The position numbers were made by a program, and so were the translations under genes. A stretch of DNA of 32,000 nucleotides from Thermoproteus tenax Kra 1 (lineage in GTDB: Archaea; Thermoproteota; Thermoprotei; Thermoproteales; Thermoproteaceae), in assembly GCF_000253055.1 (NCBI RefSeq), contig NC_016070.1, positions 630,001 through 662,000 of the forward strand, written 5' to 3'. The first letter of the stretch is position 1. Each line of letters begins with the position of its first letter. A model generated the notes under the pieces. That model worked only from the letters and a program-made list of their open reading frames with translations, was not told where the DNA came from and ran no database searches. Positions 27,686-32,000 of this stretch are shown here, piece after piece.

Positions 27686-29535
27686 TCCAATCGTCTTTTG
27701 ATAAAGCCCTTGCCCACGCCTAAGTACAGACCTACAGCCACGGCGCTCGCCAAGATCGGCAGATATATATATGCGCTCAGATCTGAGCCACCGGGCTTTT
27801 CTACGCCCAAATTGGTGGGCAGAGTGATGTTCCAGAGCCTCACGGCGATCGGCAACTGTAATACAAACTGATATTCTACTCTTCCAGCATTATATATTCT
27901 TCTATAAGTTTTTACAATAGATATATAATAATAATCTCTATTAATATTATTAGTAATATTGTAGAGATAATTTTCTACCAACGAGTTCGCAAGGCCCAGA
28001 TAAAAGAGCTCGCCTTTGAGGGATTTTGACAGTGCATCTATCTGGTAGCTCGCGGCTACTAGCTCCTGGGACGCTGTCTGTAAATATTGAACGCCTGAGC
28101 CCAGAGGTCTCTCCAGCGCGCTCACTTGGCCTGCGACGTCTGTAAGGTTCCGTGATGCCGATACTAGAGACCGCGAGATATTGAGTATTACAGGCGGCAT
28201 CTCTTGCTCTAACGCAGTCGCGTTCCCCCGGGTGCTTGCGGCGGTCTGGTTCAAGATACCTTGAACTTGTGAGAGCTGGGCCCCCACAGCCACCAAGGCG
28301 TCACGCGTGTTAGACACGATGGCTATCATAGCTGCCACTGACTGTTCAGCTGAATTTACTGCTGATATGAGTGAGTCTACCGTCGAGATGGCGCTGTTCA
28401 GCTGATCGATCAAGGCGCTTGTGGCATTCTCTATATATGTATTATTTGATCTAATTTTACTTAATTTATTTTTTATATTTATTAAATTTTCCTTTGATTT
28501 ATATAATGATTGTTCAATATTATTTAGAGAATAATATATTGTATATAAATTGTTTTCTATCCCGTTGAGAGAGTTCACCGTCGCTCCAACGGACTTTTCG
28601 TAGGCGCTAATAGCGATAGCTTGGGCCTCCAAAGCGCTGGAGAGAGTCGTCAAATAGGCGTACTCGTATTGGACTAGGAGAAGGCTTCTGTTGAGGGCGA
28701 TGGCCGCGGCGAGAAGCGACGATGATAGAGACATCAGCTGCGAGTTGACCGCCGCAATTGCATAGCGAGATGCGTTTAACCCCATAGCGCCCTCTCTGAA
28801 TGCGACCGAGCTCAAGTTTAATATTCTCCTCAATTCGTCTAAGTTATTTGTCAAGTTATAGACAGCCGATGAAATTAAATTGGTAGCATATGATAAATTA
28901 TATAAATAGTTATATGTTTTATTTAAATAATTTATAGTATAATTAGTTTGAGAAAGATAGCCATCTAGGTCTACATCTGAGATTATCTCTACTGGCGGGA
29001 GGCTCACTGCGCCGAAACTGCCGAAGGACTCTATCCTGTACGTCAGAGTGAAGTTATAGCTATACCCGACGAGAAACGTCCACTGATACACAGCGGACCC
29101 CCCTAGGGACTGGACGCCCGAGGGGGGTCTACTGCTGAATATATCCACGCCTGATGCCCTCTGCACTAGGACTGTCACAGGTACTGCAAACGGCATAAAA
29201 TTCTTTATTGTTATATTGACCTCTACCAGCGATCCGTTTCTAGATACCAGCTGCTGTCCGCTCAGCGTTGCATTGACGTAGCTTACTGTGTACATAATTA
29301 AAAGTGGTGGCGGATAGCTGCCGTTGGCAGCCACGTACACCATCTTTGCGCTGTACGGCGGAATTGTATATCCTTGGAAGATCAGCGGCCTCGAGGAGTT
29401 ATTGACTACGAAATATGCGTATTGATACGATGTGGACGAGGTTCCGCTGTAGGATGCCGTTGTCGAGATTATGAGAGTCGGACTCCCTAAAGATAGGGCG
29501 ACCAAGAGGAGCAGTCCGATTATTGTTCTCTCCAC
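27682..29535 (-). CDS. Secreted, C-terminally membrane-anchored coiled-coil glycoprotein (617 aa)
   Basis: Signal-like N-terminus 'MERTIIGLLLLVALSLGS'. A beta-rich N-domain is followed by about 350 aa of helical Ala/Ser/Leu/Asn-rich sequence. C-terminal TM 'IYLPILASAVAVGLYLGV' is followed by KRR. I count about 22 N-x-S/T sequons. Its start overlaps the ABC ATPase stop by 16 nt. Confidence 0.65.
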   Translation of the reverse strand: MERTIIGLLLLVALSLGSPTLIISTTASYSGTSSTSYQYAYFVVNNSSRPLIFQGYTIPPYSAKMVYVAANGSYPPPLLIMYTVSYVNATLSGQQLVSRNGSLVEVNITIKNFMPFAVPVTVLVQRASGVDIFSSRPPSGVQSLGGSAVYQWTFLVGYSYNFTLTYRIESFGSFGAVSLPPVEIISDVDLDGYLSQTNYTINYLNKTYNYLYNLSYATNLISSAVYNLTNNLDELRRILNLSSVAFREGAMGLNASRYAIAAVNSQLMSLSSSLLAAAIALNRSLLLVQYEYAYLTTLSSALEAQAIAISAYEKSVGATVNSLNGIENNLYTIYYSLNNIEQSLYKSKENLINIKNKLSKIRSNNTYIENATSALIDQLNSAISTVDSLISAVNSAEQSVAAMIAIVSNTRDALVAVGAQLSQVQGILNQTAASTRGNATALEQEMPPVILNISRSLVSASRNLTDVAGQVSALERPLGSGVQYLQTASQELVAASYQIDALSKSLKGELFYLGLANSLVENYLYNITNNINRDYYYISIVKTYRRIYNAGRVEYQFVLQLPIAVRLWNITLPTNLGVEKPGGSDLSAYIYLPILASAVAVGLYLGVGKGFIKRRLD

Positions 29536-30287
29536 GTAGAGTCTATTGCTTTTATCTTTTCATAAATCTCTTTTGCCCTCTCTATATCCAGCTTGATCTC
29601 CCTCCTCGGCATCTCTCCGTCGATCACCAACCCGCCCCTCACTGTATATACTTTGTCGGCTATGGCGGCCACGTCGGGGTCATGTGTGGCCATAACCACT
29701 GTGGTGCCCCAAACTTTGTTCAACGCCAAGATCAAGCTTAAGATGGCCGATGCATTCTCCAGATCTATGTTCGAGGTCGGCTCATCCAATATGAGCAGCT
29801 CCGGGCTGTTTGCCAACGCGCGCGCGAGAGCGGCGCGTTGTTGCATGCCCCCAGATAGCTGAACGGGGTATTTGTGAAGAGAGTCCTCAAGGCCCACGAG
29901 CTTGAGCAACAGCCTCGCCTTTATCTTGGCCAGATCTCTCGGCACACCGGCCGCCAACATAGGCAACTCCACGTTTTGTTGAGCAGTGAGATACGGCACT
30001 AGGTTATACGACTGAAAAAGATAGCCTATATTGAGCAGGCGGAACCTCTCGAGCTCCCGCTCGCCCAACGTCGCCACGTCGCGGCCCAAAACGATTGCCC
30101 TCCCTCTGGTGGGTCTGTCAAGAGACGATATTATGTTCAATAACGTCGTCTTGCCCGATCCAGAGGGGCCCATGAAGGCGGTGATAGTGGACTTGGGTAT
30201 CTTCAGTGTGACCCCCTTCAGCGCGTGAACTTCGCCGGCAGGCGTCTTATATATCTTGTGGACGTCCTCCAGATCTATAGCTATCAT
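29520..30287 (-). CDS. ABC transporter ATP-binding protein (MacB/LolD/FtsE-like)
   Basis: Walker A 'GPSGSGKTT', signature 'LSGGMQQR', Walker B 'LLILDEPT', H-loop 'ATHD'. There is a 4-nt overlap with the permease stop. Confidence 0.9.
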   Translation of the reverse strand: MIAIDLEDVHKIYKTPAGEVHALKGVTLKIPKSTITAFMGPSGSGKTTLLNIISSLDRPTRGRAIVLGRDVATLGERELERFRLLNIGYLFQSYNLVPYLTAQQNVELPMLAAGVPRDLAKIKARLLLKLVGLEDSLHKYPVQLSGGMQQRAALARALANSPELLILDEPTSNIDLENASAILSLILALNKVWGTTVVMATHDPDVAAIADKVYTVRGGLVIDGEMPRREIKLDIERAKEIYEKIKAIDSTWREQ

Positions 30288-31399
30288 CTCAATATCTCGA
30301 GCGGCCTGAGCGTTATAGCTCTGTATACGGGCACAAGGGCCCCTCCTATTGCGACCGACAGAGAAAGGGCTATCCCCAAGGCATAAAACTGAGGAACAAA
30401 GGGTATAGGTACGTCGAAGAAGTAGCCGGCTCCAACTAGGGCGTCCTTTATGCCCATCGCGCCGAGATAGCCGGCGAGTCCGCCCAGAGTTCCCCCTGTG
30501 AGTCCGACAATAAACACCTCTAGTAGTAGCGTCAGAGCTATGTCGCGGCCGGCGATCCCAGTGGCCTTCAGCAACGCTATTTCTCCCACGCGCTCTCTAA
30601 CAGTTATAGACATCACGGCGAAAGTGGTGAGGGCGCCGGCCATGTAGGCTATGGCCTCTATTATCGTGAAGAATATGTTCAACATGGAGAACACCCTGTT
30701 TACTGTAGACAAGGCGCTCTGCTGCGTGTAGACTTCCGCCCGAGGAAATTCTCTCTTCAGCGCTTGTGCGAAGGGCTGTATATACGTCTTGTCCTTCAAA
30801 GTTATGAAGACCATGTTGTAGAACTGGCCAACGCCTAGCTCTTGTTGTAGCCAGTCTAGGGGCACGACCACTAGGTTGAGGCTCATGGGCCCTATGAACC
30901 CTTTGAGCAGATTTGTCATGACGCCGACGACCGATATCTTGACCGCAGTCGGCGGAGCTATCGTGCTTTCGTAGACGTAGAGCGTTACAACTTCTCCGAC
31001 CTTCGCCCCCAGCGTTGACTCGACGACCGCCTCTCCGCCGCCGCTGGGGAGCCTCCCCTCAACGAGCTCTACGTCAAAATAGCTTATATCGCTGAGGGGG
31101 ACGCCGAGGATTGTGACCGTCTTATTCCCCAACGTGCCTGTGAGCATGAGCACGGGCTCAGCGCTTTCAACATATGGGGACGCTCTGAGCGCGTCCACAA
31201 AGGCCCTCGGTATATCTATCGAGTTCGAATATATGAGTATGTCCGCGGGGAATATCTGGTAGAGCTGGTTTTGGACGTAGATCTTCGCCCCAAGGCTGAT
31301 GGTGCTGAGCCCCACCATAAGAGCTGCGCCGATAGCTATGACAAGCGCCACGAGGAGGTATCTTGCTCTCCTCGATCTCAAGTCGCTTAAGGCCAACAT
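30284..31399 (-). CDS. FtsX/MacB-type ABC permease (4 TM with a large extracytoplasmic domain)
   Basis: TM1 'YLLVALVIAIGAALMV', then an extracytoplasmic domain of about 200 aa, then three C-terminal TM helices. This is the FtsX-family layout. ATG 31399 is preferred because track start 31435 sits on the TATA-like box. Confidence 0.8.
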   Translation of the reverse strand: MLALSDLRSRRARYLLVALVIAIGAALMVGLSTISLGAKIYVQNQLYQIFPADILIYSNSIDIPRAFVDALRASPYVESAEPVLMLTGTLGNKTVTILGVPLSDISYFDVELVEGRLPSGGGEAVVESTLGAKVGEVVTLYVYESTIAPPTAVKISVVGVMTNLLKGFIGPMSLNLVVVPLDWLQQELGVGQFYNMVFITLKDKTYIQPFAQALKREFPRAEVYTQQSALSTVNRVFSMLNIFFTIIEAIAYMAGALTTFAVMSITVRERVGEIALLKATGIAGRDIALTLLLEVFIVGLTGGTLGGLAGYLGAMGIKDALVGAGYFFDVPIPFVPQFYALGIALSLSVAIGGALVPVYRAITLRPLEILR

Positions 31400-31451
31400 A
31401 ATGACGTGGGAAACTGCCACATGGCTTATTTGCATATTAAAAATTGAGCAC

Positions 31452-32000
31452 GTGAGCCGGGCCCTCCCGGTCGTGTTGGCGTTGTGGTTGGCCGTCTATA
31501 TATTCCTGGCGAGCCAATCGGCTAGAGTCTTCGGAATCCTTGTGTACTCGGAGTCGAAACTGATGCCAAACAACGTTGAGCCCGCAATTGTGGACAAAAT
31601 AATTGGTGCGAACCAGACCTCGAACAATGGGACCTTCTTCGTCTTAGTGTACGGCCCCGATCTCACGACGAGGCTGTCCCGCCTCGATAGACTTCTCAAC
31701 GACGAGGGCTTCACCGTGATATCCCCATATTCGATTCAAGAACGAGCCCAACAGATTTATCTGAGTTATATTAATGATACTATAAATAATATTACTATTA
31801 ATTTCTTTAAAAATCTTAATTATATTTATAGTACTATATACAATGAATGTATTGGGCTAGATGAACTCGTGAGAGCGTACAGAGAGGCCGAGAGAAATGC
31901 CACGCTCCTACTCTATGCTACCTACGGCGCAGTCGCGTTGAATATCTCCACGCCTAGAACTGAGGAGTTCCTAAGCTACTATAGGAACTTCTCTGCGCTT
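31452..32000 (+). CDS. N-terminal part of a secreted or membrane protein (runs off the window; absent from the ORF track)
   Basis: My own translation finds no stop in this frame from GTG 31452 to nt 32000 (183 codons). It has a signal/TM-like 'SRALPVVLALWLAVYIFLASQSA' and several N-x-S/T sequons. It is divergent from the ABC permease gene. The start codon is uncertain. Confidence 0.55.
   Translation, partial: MSRALPVVLALWLAVYIFLASQSARVFGILVYSESKLMPNNVEPAIVDKIIGANQTSNNGTFFVLVYGPDLTTRLSRLDRLLNDEGFTVISPYSIQERAQQIYLSYINDTINNITINFFKNLNYIYSTIYNECIGLDELVRAYREAERNATLLLYATYGAVALNISTPRTEEFLSYYRNFSAL

Noticed and set aside
31496-31714. 72-aa minus-strand ORF from the track
   Set aside because: It is antisense to a much longer uninterrupted plus-strand frame (31452 to the window end) that has a signal-peptide-like start. 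It has no promoter or motif support.

Overview
This is a gene-dense chromosomal segment that looks like a Thermoproteales-type crenarchaeon. The main basis is a complete crenactin/arcadin cluster. Topoisomerase VI A/B, Alba, and many apparently leaderless genes with an A/T box about 25 nt upstream of the start fit an archaeal, crenarchaeal-style chromosome. Left to right, the window holds:
- a GT4 glycosyltransferase tail coupled to two mini-ORFs and a Ras-like GTPase;
- a HAD phosphatase;
- a fixC-fixX-etfB-etfA operon;
- a MoaD-MoaE fusion;
- a circularly permuted GTPase;
- AMMECR1;
- a PUA-Sun RNA m5C methyltransferase;
- MtnA;
- a PD-(D/E)xK nuclease;
- a ThiR-like regulator;
- top6B and top6A;
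- an AbrB-PhoU protein;
- an NPPY methyltransferase;
- Alba;
- the arcade cluster (arcadin-1, crenactin, arcadin-2, -3, -4);
- a TrmB regulator divergent from a Tes/GDGT-MAS-like radical SAM enzyme;
- a MacB/FtsX-type ABC operon coupled to a large coiled-coil glycoprotein.

I recognised no rRNA, tRNA, CRISPR array or mobile element. The only long non-coding gap (24959-25199) holds one C/D box sRNA candidate and a GC-rich hairpin element.

The points most worth a second look are:
- three conserved genes disrupted as given: an in-frame TAG in top6B and 1-nt frame breaks in etfA and mtnA;
- strongly A/T-rich in-frame islands inside otherwise GC-rich genes;
- the ABC-plus-coiled-coil surface protein operon;
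- the symmetric TrmB/radical-SAM promoter.

All family calls rest on motifs I read by eye. No searches were run.
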